Assembly (NCBI GenBank): GCA_043820105.1
Contig: JBDREC010000065.1
Coordinates: 62,001-113,968, forward strand
Direction of reading: 5' to 3'
DNA length: 51,968 nucleotides
Origin: Pseudomonadota bacterium
GTDB lineage: Bacteria; Bdellovibrionota_F; JAHFAK01; JBDREC01
Shown here in pieces: positions 19,372 through 29,300 of the stretch. Below the pieces are notes generated by a model. The model saw only the letters and a program-made list of their open reading frames with translations. It searched no databases and was not told the DNA's origin. Numbering within the stretch: position 1 is the first letter of the stretch; each line of letters starts with the position of its first letter. Made by a program: the position numbers and the translations under genes.

Positions 19372-19529
19372 TGTATGTTGTAAGTTGTAGATCTGGATAC
19401 TAGATATTAGATACTAGATACTAGATACTAGATGCTTGATAAGCAATGGTTTCTTTAGACTTTCAAATATCAAGGATCGAGCATCTAGCATCGAGTTTTA
19501 CCACTTACAGCCTACCACTTACAACTTAA
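19372..19529. repeat. Nested inverted heptamer element (outer TGTAAGT/ACTTACA, inner TAGATAC/GCATCTA)
   Basis: Outer arms 19372-19390 and 19498-19529; inner arms 19393-19441 and 19468-19495. Confidence 0.8.
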
Positions 19530-19535
19530 TAAAAA

Positions 19536-20252
19536 ATGATAAAAAAAATATTCAAGTACTTAGGCCTTGATATCCAAAGAGCAAATCGAACTCTTGATAA
19601 TGAAAGCTCACTTAAAGGCGCCTTCAAAAGAATCCAAGATCAAAACATAAACTTTTCTACAATTATTGACATTGGAGCATCAACAGGCTCTTGGTCAATA
19701 AAAGCTTATGATTTTTTTCCTAAAGCTAAGTATTTCCTTGTTGAAGCTCAAAATAGCCATGAAAAACATTTAAAGAAAAATAAAAAGAACTTTGGTTTTG
19801 AATATGAAATAACAGCTGCTGGTGATTATGAAGGAAATATTTACTTTGATACGACGAGCTTACTTGGAGGAAGAGCCTATAAAGAAAAACCAGATCTTAC
19901 AAAAACAGTTTCAGTTCCAATCAACACAATTGATAATTTAATAAATAAAAATAATCTAAAACCACCATTTTTAATCAAATTAGATACTCACGGTTTTGAA
20001 GTACCAATTCTAGATGGTTGCAATAATGCACTTGAGCAAACCGAAATTCTTATAATAGAAGTTTATAATTTTCATCTCTCAGAAGGAGCTCTGCGCTTTA
20101 ATGAAATGATAGGATATTTAGAAAAAAAAGGATTTCACGTATGGGATGTTATTGATGTAATGAGAAGACCTGGTGATAATGTCTTGTGGCAAATGGACAT
20201 GCTCTTTGCACGATCTGACAGAAAAGAGTTTTCTAAAAACACTTTTGAATAA
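19536..20252 (+). CDS. FkbM-family SAM-dependent methyltransferase
   Basis: IIDIGASTG, IKLDTHGFEVPILDG, LWQMDMLF. Confidence 0.9.
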   Translation: MIKKIFKYLGLDIQRANRTLDNESSLKGAFKRIQDQNINFSTIIDIGASTGSWSIKAYDFFPKAKYFLVEAQNSHEKHLKKNKKNFGFEYEITAAGDYEGNIYFDTTSLLGGRAYKEKPDLTKTVSVPINTIDNLINKNNLKPPFLIKLDTHGFEVPILDGCNNALEQTEILIIEVYNFHLSEGALRFNEMIGYLEKKGFHVWDVIDVMRRPGDNVLWQMDMLFARSDRKEFSKNTFE

Positions 20253-20277
20253 TTTTTTGTTCTGATTAAAACACTTT

Positions 20278-21501
20278 ATGAATATAATAAATAAAATATT
20301 TAGCACATATAAAAAGGCATATATAGGTTTGCCAATACAAGCCTGGTACATCGCAGTAGTTGCATTCGTTAACTACTCCGGAGCAATGGTCCATTTTTTC
20401 TTGGCCCTATATTTAACACAAAAATTTAATTTCACAACAGCTCAAGCAGGTTTTGCAGTTGGAATGTGGGGGTTTGGCGCATTATTTGGCTCTATCACAG
20501 GAGGTCGATTAGCAGATTTAATTGGCTCGTACAACACCTTAAAACTCTGTCTTCTCGGAGAAGGCATAAATATCCTGATCCTTGGCAATGTAAGCTCACA
20601 CTCCATGATCTTAGCATTTATTTTTCTTGTTGGTTTTTTTCATTCCTTTGGCTTTCCATCTGCATCAACAGCATTTGCTCAAATCTGTCCAAAAGATAAA
20701 CAAAGCCAAGGATATGCTCTTTTGAGATTAGCAGTAAACCTGGGCATGTCTATTGGTCCTGCAATTGGTGGTTTTTTAATTCTTATCAATTATAAGCTAA
20801 TTTTCTATATAGACGGGTTAACTTGCATTTCAGCATTTTTTGTCTTTACAATAATAACAATAAAATATCCCAATAATTTAAAAGTAAAAAAAGAAACTAA
20901 CATTAAAGGTCCTAATATTACACCACTCAAGGATGTATATTTTTTAAAAATCCTTGGTCTAATATTCTTTATTGATTTAGTTTTCGCACAGTTATTTAGT
21001 ACACTTCCCCTATATTTCAAAAACATCTATCATTTAAAAGAAAATTTTATTGGCCTATCCATTTCCATTAACACAATTATAATTGTTATGTTTGAAATGA
21101 TCTTAATTAGCAGTATCACCAAATTCTCAAAAACTAAAGTTGCTGCCATTGGTTCCTTTTTAGTTTGTTTTGGTTATTTTGCCCTGCCTTTTGGCCATGG
21201 ATTTATTTACGCTATTTCCACGGTTTTAATCTGGACGCTTGGTGAAATGCTTGCCTTTCCTACATTGACAGCATTAACAGCCAGTATAGCTTCTGATAAT
21301 GCAAAGGGAAAATACATGGGACTATATGCTTTTACTTTTTCTCTAGCATTTATGTTAGGACCATTTATTGGAACTTTGATTTATTCTAAACTTAGTCCCA
21401 ATATTTTGTGGTATAGCTGTGGCTTAATAGGCTTGTTTGTTTTTATTGGTTTTCATTTTATAAAAGATTCGAATAAAAATAATAGCTCAACATCTAATTA
21501 A
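20278..21501 (+). CDS. MFS transporter
   Basis: About 12 TM segments, GGRLADLIG motif A, GKYMG. Confidence 0.92.
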   Translation: MNIINKIFSTYKKAYIGLPIQAWYIAVVAFVNYSGAMVHFFLALYLTQKFNFTTAQAGFAVGMWGFGALFGSITGGRLADLIGSYNTLKLCLLGEGINILILGNVSSHSMILAFIFLVGFFHSFGFPSASTAFAQICPKDKQSQGYALLRLAVNLGMSIGPAIGGFLILINYKLIFYIDGLTCISAFFVFTIITIKYPNNLKVKKETNIKGPNITPLKDVYFLKILGLIFFIDLVFAQLFSTLPLYFKNIYHLKENFIGLSISINTIIIVMFEMILISSITKFSKTKVAAIGSFLVCFGYFALPFGHGFIYAISTVLIWTLGEMLAFPTLTALTASIASDNAKGKYMGLYAFTFSLAFMLGPFIGTLIYSKLSPNILWYSCGLIGLFVFIGFHFIKDSNKNNSSTSN

Positions 21502-21732
21502 TATGCATTATACGTTTTCTGCACATAAGCTTCGACAATATTTTCAATTGAGAGTATTCATTAGGATGAATTTCTTGTAAACGAGGATAAAAGTCATTTG
21601 TATTTCTAAGAAAGCTAAGCCACTTGAAAAACTCGTTTTTACTTTTATACTCAGATCTCATAAATATTTGGTCTAGCACTTCTAATGTATATTGCAAACT
21701 GAAAGCAGAGGAACTTAAAGTTAATTCTGACA

Positions 21733-21796
21733 GGTAAACCACTAGTTTGACTAGTGGACTCCGAATGTTTGACAAGTAGATTTAGTTGATTACCTT
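21733..21796 (+). mobile_element. Possible IS200/IS605-like end remnant
   Basis: GGTAAA-CCACTAGT-TTG-ACTAGTGG-ACTCC...TTTGACA: a perfect 8-bp hairpin resembling, from memory, IS200-type ends; no transposase follows. Confidence 0.3.
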
Positions 21797-22024
21797 GGGC
21801 GTGGGCGTGCCCGTGAGCGTTACCGAAAACATTATTGGAAAAATACTATGCAAGATTTATTTGATTATGAAAAATTAGATATTTTCAAGGTATCGATTGA
21901 ATGTTTCGGTTGAATTGTATACCACGAGCAGATAACTTTTAATAAGAATTATGTCTATATTGACAAAGATGATAAAACAGTTGGAATAAAATCGCTCACG
22001 CTCACGGGCACGCTCACGGGCACG
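21797..22024 (+). pseudogene. Decayed four-helix-bundle (23S IVP-like) gene inside GC-rich inverted hexamer repeats
   Basis: 21848-21913 reads MQDLFDYEKLDIFKVSIECFG*; 21936-21989 in another frame reads LLIRIMSILTKMIKQLE*; exact 16-bp IR at 21805-21820 / 21998-22013. Confidence 0.7.
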
Positions 22025-22061
22025 ATTTGACAGCCCTTTGGGCTGCTCACAGCTGTCAAGC

Positions 22062-22078
22062 CTCCCGCTTTGCGGGAG
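22062..22078. terminator. GC-rich hairpin downstream of the 22088-22582 gene
   Basis: CTCCCGC-TTT-GCGGGAG; a second IR TTGACAGC/GCTGTCAA at 22027-22059; no clear U-tract. Confidence 0.4.
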
Positions 22079-22087
22079 CGTTATGAT

Positions 22088-22582
22088 TTATCTCATAAAT
22101 GGAAGTTTGATAGATTTCTGACACTCATCAATTTTGCCTAAATCATCTAAACTAATTAGCAATAACATGCTTCTATTATCAGCTCTTACATTTCTTACCT
22201 CAATAGAAGTTTTTGTATAAACATCCGAATAAGATGTGATTTGATTTGCCTTGTTAATTGAAACAGGCCCAATAGAAGCTTGATAAAAAGATTCAACCTC
22301 AAATTGCTTTACACTAAAATCTAAAACAATCTCTAAAGGTGAATCAGAGATATCAGCCAATGCTTCATTCATTTGTATGACTGCATTTTGGACCTTACAT
22401 TCTATTTCAGATTTACCTTTAACATTAAAGGCATTTTCAATTAAAGATTCAAACAAACACTTAGAATATACTGAATTCAATTGTCTTTTAAAGTCAGGTG
22501 AATCCCATTCTGCTCCGCTTGCAAAAGAACTAATGATAATAATCATGAAAAAACTTGCAATCAACCCCTGTCTAAATCTCAT
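22088..22582 (-). CDS. Secreted hypothetical protein
   Basis: Signal peptide (FASG-A), GAGG RBS, sigma54 site upstream. Confidence 0.75.
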   Translation of the reverse strand: MRFRQGLIASFFMIIIISSFASGAEWDSPDFKRQLNSVYSKCLFESLIENAFNVKGKSEIECKVQNAVIQMNEALADISDSPLEIVLDFSVKQFEVESFYQASIGPVSINKANQITSYSDVYTKTSIEVRNVRADNRSMLLLISLDDLGKIDECQKSIKLPFMR

Positions 22583-22625
22583 ATCATACCTCGAAATATT
22601 AAATTTTCAATATGAGCAAGTAGTT

Positions 22626-22642
22626 TGCAAGAGATCAGCCAG
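22626..22642 (-). promoter_or_regulatory. Sigma54 promoter
   Basis: Minus strand CTGGCTGATCTCTTGCA matches GG-N10-GC with TTGCA, about 45 bp upstream of the ATG. Confidence 0.7.
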
Positions 22643-22863
22643 ACATCGCCATTGCGCTTACCCATTAAATTACAATAAGTTGCGTAATCAAAAATAATCT
22701 TTTTATGTTAAATATACTAAGATTAAAGCTCAAATATTGATTAGCGAGATAAGCATGTCCCAATACCTGAACTTTTTCTTTACTTAAATTTTTTCTTGAT
22801 ATATAGGCATGAACGTTTATTAGTAAATTGATCATTTAAAGCAAAATTAAAAGGAGTTTTAAA

Positions 22864-23859
22864 ATGAGTAAACGAGTTTTGATCATAGATGATGAACCTG
22901 AAATCAGACGTAATATCACTTTCGGATTAACAGCTGAAGGTTATACCTGCGTAGCTTGCCCTGATGGCATTTCAGCAATCCATGAATTAAACAGTGCTCG
23001 TGAAAAAGGCATTGGATATGATTTTTTAATCACCGATATTTTTATGCCAGATATTGATGGTTTAAAAATTCTCAAAGTTATAAAAAATACTTATCCAAAC
23101 CTTCCAACTCTAGTTATCACAGGCTTTGGCAATGAAGAATTCAAGCAAGAAGCACTTGATGAATTAAACACAGGTTACCTGGATAAACCTTTTGAAATTG
23201 ATGACTTAGTTCAAGAGCTCAACAAACTGGCAAAAGGTGCCACAACATTAAATCCAGAAGTTGATGCAAAAGTGGAACCAGGTGGAATCCGTGAATCTGT
23301 TAGTGCCTATTTAACAGTTAGGATAACTGATCCATCAAGGTCTCTGGATATTTACAATGAATTAAGCGAACTTGATGGTGTGCAAAGTTGTGATGCTGTT
23401 CGTGGTGATTTTGATATTATTTTATTAGCTCAAGCCACAAGTAATGCTGGAATTAATGATATCTTTGAAAGAGCAAAAAAAATCCAGGGTGTTGAGGTTG
23501 CTTCTTCTTCCCCAGTTGAAAGACCAAAACTAGATAGAGATGTTGATGAATTTATCTCAATCTACAAAAAAGCTGTAAAAATAGATGAAAACGCACAAAG
23601 TCCAACTTCAAAAACTGGTACAAACAGTTACATAATTGTTGATATTGATAAAGATGCTATCCAACAAATATTCACAACAGTATTTTTTATTGATGATGTT
23701 ATTTTTTGTGATGTTATAGATGAAGGAACAAAACTAGTTGGTTTAATCACAAATGTTGGAGCAGTTGGCAAAACTCATAGAGTTATTGAAAAACTGAATC
23801 TTATTGATGGAGTATTGAGAGTAAAGGAAATTAAGATAATTAAATTAATGGATGTATAA
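22864..23859 (+). CDS. Response regulator with two Lrp/AsnC-type ligand-binding (RAM) domains and no DNA-binding domain
   Basis: REC motifs IIDDE, TDIFMP, ITG, KPF; then two beta-alpha-beta units (V.SCDAVRGDFDIIL; IDGVLRV). Confidence 0.8.
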   Translation: MSKRVLIIDDEPEIRRNITFGLTAEGYTCVACPDGISAIHELNSAREKGIGYDFLITDIFMPDIDGLKILKVIKNTYPNLPTLVITGFGNEEFKQEALDELNTGYLDKPFEIDDLVQELNKLAKGATTLNPEVDAKVEPGGIRESVSAYLTVRITDPSRSLDIYNELSELDGVQSCDAVRGDFDIILLAQATSNAGINDIFERAKKIQGVEVASSSPVERPKLDRDVDEFISIYKKAVKIDENAQSPTSKTGTNSYIIVDIDKDAIQQIFTTVFFIDDVIFCDVIDEGTKLVGLITNVGAVGKTHRVIEKLNLIDGVLRVKEIKIIKLMDV

Positions 23860-23865
23860 AATAAA

Positions 23866-23941
23866 TTCTGTATTCAGTATACTGTATTCTGTATTCAGTT
23901 TTTTATTTAATCTGAATACTGTATACTAAATACTGAATACA
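23866..23941. repeat. Inverted heptamer element (GTATTCW)n / (CTGAATA)n
   Basis: Left arm 23866-23899 and right arm 23912-23941 are reverse-complementary. Confidence 0.8.
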
Positions 23942-24007
23942 AAAAGTGCTGATACATTGCAAACTACTTACCAAGTCATAGCTTAAAACTAATAAAGGAT
24001 TTCAAAA

Positions 24008-24502
24008 ATGGCAGAAACAAAAAAAGACTTTACCTACAAATTGTGGAGATATGATGGGGCTCAGGGTGAACTTATTCCACTGCTACAATCAGCTCAAGAA
24101 CATTATGGCTATATTCCTAGAAAAGCCATAAAATATATTTCTGAAGTTACAAAAGTACCTGAATCAAAAATTTATGGAGTTATTACTTTTTATAGTCAGT
24201 TTAGACTATCTCCAATGGGTAAAAATATTATTAGACTTTGCACAGGCACAGCATGTCACGTTGCTGGAGCTAAGTTTCTCAAAGATGTAATTCAAGATGA
24301 GCTGGGCATTGAAGAAAATGAAACAAGCGAAGATGGGTTGTTTACACTATTTACTGTAGCATGTATTGGTTGCTGCTCTTTGGCTCCAGTAATGATGGTA
24401 AATGATGATACCCATGGAAAGCTTACTCCAGCATTAACAAGAAAAATTCTAAAAAAAATAAAAAGAGAAGCAAAAAACAAAGAATTAGCAAAATCAGCAT
24501 AA
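24008..24502 (+). CDS. NuoE/HydC-like 2Fe-2S subunit
   Basis: CTGTACH...CIGCC motif, VITFYSQF. Confidence 0.93.
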   Translation: MAETKKDFTYKLWRYDGAQGELIPLLQSAQEHYGYIPRKAIKYISEVTKVPESKIYGVITFYSQFRLSPMGKNIIRLCTGTACHVAGAKFLKDVIQDELGIEENETSEDGLFTLFTVACIGCCSLAPVMMVNDDTHGKLTPALTRKILKKIKREAKNKELAKSA

Positions 24503-24528
24503 TTTTTTATAAAAAGGAAAGAAAACTC

Positions 24529-26310
24529 ATGTACAAAATTAAAGTTGGATTAGGAACATGTGGCTTATCAGCAGGAGCCAAGCCAGTATTAGATACTTTA
24601 AATAATTTATGCCATGAAAACCCAAGCAAAGCAGAAACAATGATAACTGGTTGTATTGGCATGTGCTATAAAGAACCTCTAATAGAAGTGTTCGATGATA
24701 AACAACGGGTTATTTACGGTGATGTGACTAAAGAAAAAGCCGAAGAAATCTTTGCAAGTCATATTCTTAATCAAGAAATAAAAGAAGATTATGTTATTTT
24801 AAGGCAAAACTTAGAAAACAATATAACAGAAGGTTCTGAAATAAACTTTATTGGCCCTCAAAAAAGAATTGTATTAAGAAATGCTGGAATTATAAATCCT
24901 GAAGCAATTGAAGAATATGAAGCTAAAGATGGTTATAAAGCATGTGAAAAAGCCTTAACAAAAATGACAGCAGAAGAAATCATTGAAGAAGTTAAGGAAT
25001 CAGGCTTAAGAGGCCGTGGAGGCGCAGGCTTTCCAACAGGTTTAAAATGGAGTTTTGCCGCGAAAAATCATAATGACACAAAATATGTTGTCTGTAATGC
25101 TGATGAAGGCGATCCTGGAGCCTTTATGGACCGGTCAGTGCTTGAAGGTGATCCACATTCAGTAATTGAAGGAATGATCATCTGTGCAAAAGCAATTGGA
25201 GCAAACTTTGGTTATATTTACTGTAGAGCTGAATACCCCCTTGCAATTAAACGACTTACAATAGCAATTGACGCAGCAAAAGAAAAAGGCTATCTTGGTG
25301 AAAATATTTTTAACTCGGGTTTTAATTTTAATTTAAAAATAAAACAAGGGGCCGGAGCTTTTGTTTGTGGAGAAGAAACAGCGCTTTTTGCATCAATAGA
25401 AGGTGAAAGAGGAATGCCAAGAATCAGACCTCCTTTCCCTGCTGAAAAAGGACTTTTTGCAAAACCAACTAACAATAACAATGTTGAAACCTTTGCCAAT
25501 ATCCCCTGGATTCTACACAATGGTGCTAGTGCCTATAAAAGTTTTGGAACAGAAAAATCAGCTGGCACCAAAGTCTTTGCCCTTGCAGGCAATATTAAAA
25601 AAGGAGGCCTCGCAGAAGTTCCAATGGGACTAACTATCAAAGAATTAGTTTTTAATATTGGTGGTGGTATAAAAGCGGACAAAGAATTTAAAGCTGTTCA
25701 AATGGGCGGGCCATCAGGTGGTTGTATTCCAAAAGAACTTAGCGATACACCCGTAGACTTTGAACACATCCCTGAAACCGGTGCTATTATGGGGTCTGGT
25801 GGCATGGTTGTAATGGATGAAACAACTTGCATGGTTGATATTGCTAGATTCTTTTTAGATTTCACCCAAAATGAATCATGTGGAAAGTGCACCTTCTGTA
25901 GAATCGGAACCCTTAGAATGCTTGAAATACTTGAGAGAATAACGAAGGGAGAAGGAGTTCCCCAGGACCTTGATAAACTACAAACACTCTCTCATCAAAT
26001 CAAAGAATCAAGCTTATGCGGTCTAGGTCAAACAGCGCCAAACCCTGTCCTTACTACGATGAAATATTTTAGAAATGAATATGAAGCACATATAAATGAA
26101 AAGAAATGTCCAGCAAAGTCTTGTGCTTTATTAGTTACATATAATGTAAATGCTGAAACATGTACAGGCTGTACCTTATGCAAAAAAGCATGCCCTGTTG
26201 AAGCAATCACAGGTAATCCAAAAGAACTACATGTGATTGACCATAATAAATGTGTAAAATGTGGAAAATGTATTTCTTCATGTAATTTTAACGCCATTTA
26301 TAAGGACTAG
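24529..26310 (+). CDS. NuoF/HydB-like FMN/NADH subunit with N-terminal thioredoxin-like Fe-S domain and C-terminal 2x[4Fe-4S]
   Basis: [47 protein letters not shown], two CxxCxxCxxxC motifs. Confidence 0.95.
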   Translation: MYKIKVGLGTCGLSAGAKPVLDTLNNLCHENPSKAETMITGCIGMCYKEPLIEVFDDKQRVIYGDVTKEKAEEIFASHILNQEIKEDYVILRQNLENNITEGSEINFIGPQKRIVLRNAGIINPEAIEEYEAKDGYKACEKALTKMTAEEIIEEVKESGLRGRGGAGFPTGLKWSFAAKNHNDTKYVVCNADEGDPGAFMDRSVLEGDPHSVIEGMIICAKAIGANFGYIYCRAEYPLAIKRLTIAIDAAKEKGYLGENIFNSGFNFNLKIKQGAGAFVCGEETALFASIEGERGMPRIRPPFPAEKGLFAKPTNNNNVETFANIPWILHNGASAYKSFGTEKSAGTKVFALAGNIKKGGLAEVPMGLTIKELVFNIGGGIKADKEFKAVQMGGPSGGCIPKELSDTPVDFEHIPETGAIMGSGGMVVMDETTCMVDIARFFLDFTQNESCGKCTFCRIGTLRMLEILERITKGEGVPQDLDKLQTLSHQIKESSLCGLGQTAPNPVLTTMKYFRNEYEAHINEKKCPAKSCALLVTYNVNAETCTGCTLCKKACPVEAITGNPKELHVIDHNKCVKCGKCISSCNFNAIYKD

Positions 26311-26317
26311 AGATAAA

Positions 26318-29300
26318 ATGAACAAAATAACTTTAAAAATTAATGGAAAAGATTATAGTGCAAACCCTGGGTCAACAGTACTTGATGTAGTAGAGAAATA
26401 TAAAATCGACACTATCCCTACTCTTTGCCATTCTAAAGATTTAGCGCCTTATGGATCTTGCTTTGTATGTGTTGTTGAGCAAAAGGGAAAAGTAAACCTC
26501 GTTCCAAGCTGTGCCACACCAATCTTTGAAGGAATGGAAATTCAAACAAAAAGCGAAAAAGTAATTGAAGCTAGAAAAAATGCTTTAGAACTTTTATTTT
26601 CAAATCATTATGCTGACTGCTTATCTCCCTGTAAGCAAGCTTGCCCAGCAGGTGTTGATGTTCAGGGTTACATTGCTCTCTCTGCAATGGGAGAATACCA
26701 AAAAGCAGCAGATTTAATTCGAGAGACAAATCCATTACCTGCTGTTTGTGGTAGAGTTTGTGTTAGAAAATGTGAAGAAAAATGCAGAAGAATTGATGTT
26801 GATTCATCAGTTGCAATTAACAATATTAAACGATTTATTACTGATTCTGAAAATGCTTACACTACTTTAGTCAAATGCGAAAAAGCAAAAGGCAAATCAA
26901 TCGGCATTATTGGCGCAGGCCCCGCTGGATTAACTTGTGCCTGGTTTCTGGGAAAAAAAGGTTATGATCCTGTAATCTACGAGGCAATGCCAAAATCAGG
27001 AGGTATGCTCAGATATGGAATTCCTGAATACAGATTAACAGATGAAACTCTTGATAAAGAAACAGATTATATATGCCAGGCAGGTGTAGAAATTAAGTAT
27101 AATATTAAAGTTGGTAAAGACATCCCCTTTAATGATATCAAAAAAGCTCATGATGCCTGCTTTATTGCAACAGGTGCTTGGGCTGGAAATAAAATGAGCG
27201 TTGATGGTGAAGAAGATACTGATGGGGTCGTTAAGGGCGCTCCCTGGCTTGTCAAAATGGTTGAAACCAAGGAAAAACTTAACGGAACAATTGTTGTAGT
27301 TGGCGGTGGAAACACAGCAATGGATGCTGCCCGAACATCACTACGCCTGGGAGCAGACAAAGTCATTATTCTTTACAGAAGAAAAATCGAGCAAATGCCA
27401 GCAGATCCTATGGAAATTCATGCATGCAAAGAAGAAGGCATCGAAATTTATGAACTTGCAGCTCCAGTCAGTATCGTTAAAAACGACAAAAATAAATTAT
27501 TAGCTCTAAAATGTATAAGAATGAAACTGGGTGAACCGGATGCATCAGGAAGAAGAAGACCTGTACCACAAGATGGCTCTGAATTTGAACTTCCATGCAA
27601 TCTAGCAATTTCAGCTATTGGCCAGAGTCCATTAATTGCAGACTTATTCAAAGGTGCAGTAGATGCCCCAAGTCTTTCTAAATGGGACACTTTTAATATT
27701 GATACAAATACAATGGCCACAAATTTAGAAGGAGTTTTTGCAGGCGGTGATGGTGCTGATGATGGACCGACAGTAGTTATTGATGCTATTCGAGACGGAC
27801 AAATCGCAGCTAAATCAATTGATGAATATTTATCAAATGAAAAAGCTTGTTCTAAACCATTTGGAGTTAACAAAGAATTCTGGTCAAAGCCAGGACAAAA
27901 TGAGCTTGGAAATATTCCAGAATCACCTAGACATGAAGTGCATGAAATTAAAGTTCAAGAAAGACATCATAACTTCAAAGAAGTAGCAACTGGCTTTGAA
28001 TATGAAGATAATATCCATGAATGCAAAAGATGTTTATCTTGCGGTTGTTTAAGGTTTTCAGACTGTAAGCTTAGACTCTACGCCCAGGATTATGGTATTG
28101 ATATGAACAAATATGCCGGCCATGTCAGAAAACATAAAGTCGACGACAGCCACCCTTATATAAGTTATGATCCGAACAAATGCGTTTTATGTGCAAAATG
28201 TATAAGGACCTGTGATAATATATTACCAATTTCAGCCCTTGGCCTCGTAGGTCGTGGCTTTAAAACTGAAGCCCGACCCGCAATGAATGACCCTTTAGTA
28301 AAAACAAATTGCATCTCTTGCGGAAACTGCGTTACAGCATGCCCAACTGGAGCGCTTACCGTTAAATACCCATTTCCTGGAAGAGCTGATTTAAAGGTTG
28401 ATAAAATTGATACACACTGTGGTTTTTGTTCCATTGGCTGCCCTATCACAGTAAATAAAATTTCAAATGACAATTATTATATAACAGCAAGACAGGATAA
28501 AGAAAACTACTTGTGCAAGTTTGGTAGATTTGGATATGAATTATTTATAAAATCTGATAGAACAATGAATCCTCAGATGAGAGTTGGAAATGAGATCAGG
28601 GAAATCTCCTGGGAAAAAGCTTTTGAAAACACAAGCAAAATGTTTAAACAAGTTATTACCGAACATGGCAATGATTCTGTTGCTGTTTTTGTTAGCCCTG
28701 AACTCACAACAGAAGAAATGTTTCTAGCTTCACAGATCGCAAGAAAAGGCTTCAAAACCAATAATATCATTTCCCTACCCATTCTTGAGACAAAACAAGC
28801 CTCTGGTGTGCTTGATGATTCATTTGGCTTTACAGCATCAACTGCAAATATTGACTGCATAAAAGAAAGTGATTTGATAATTTGCATAAATACAAATACT
28901 CAAGATGAAAACTTGATTTTAAGCAAAGACATTGTTCAAAAAGTAAAATCAGGTGAAGCAAATCTAATCGTTGCGAATTCTTCTATAGATAGCTTAGATA
29001 ATTTATCAACTCTTTCCATTAAGCCCTTTAGAGGCAGAACATCTCATCTAATTAAAGGCATCATGCAAACACTCATTGATGATGAAACTATAAATAGAGA
29101 AACTCTTAAAAATAGCTTTGAAAATAGTGATAATTTTATGAATCAGGTTTTCAAACTAGATCCAGCAACAATTAGTGATCTTTGTGGGATTGAAGAGTCT
29201 GATATTATAAGATTTTCTGATCTTATTAAAAAAGCTGAAAACATAACATTTGTATTATCACCAGACAGGCAAAGAGACCAATCACCAAATGATTTGCCAA

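Noticed and set aside
21494-21775. 93-aa minus-strand ORF
   Set aside because: TTG start without a clear RBS, begins inside a hairpin/IS-like remnant, no recognisable motif; could be a fragment
22027-22087. Integron attC site after the 22088 gene (CATAAC follows the stop; similar at about 51833)
   Set aside because: No complementary GTTRRRY end found at a suitable distance and no integrase in the window
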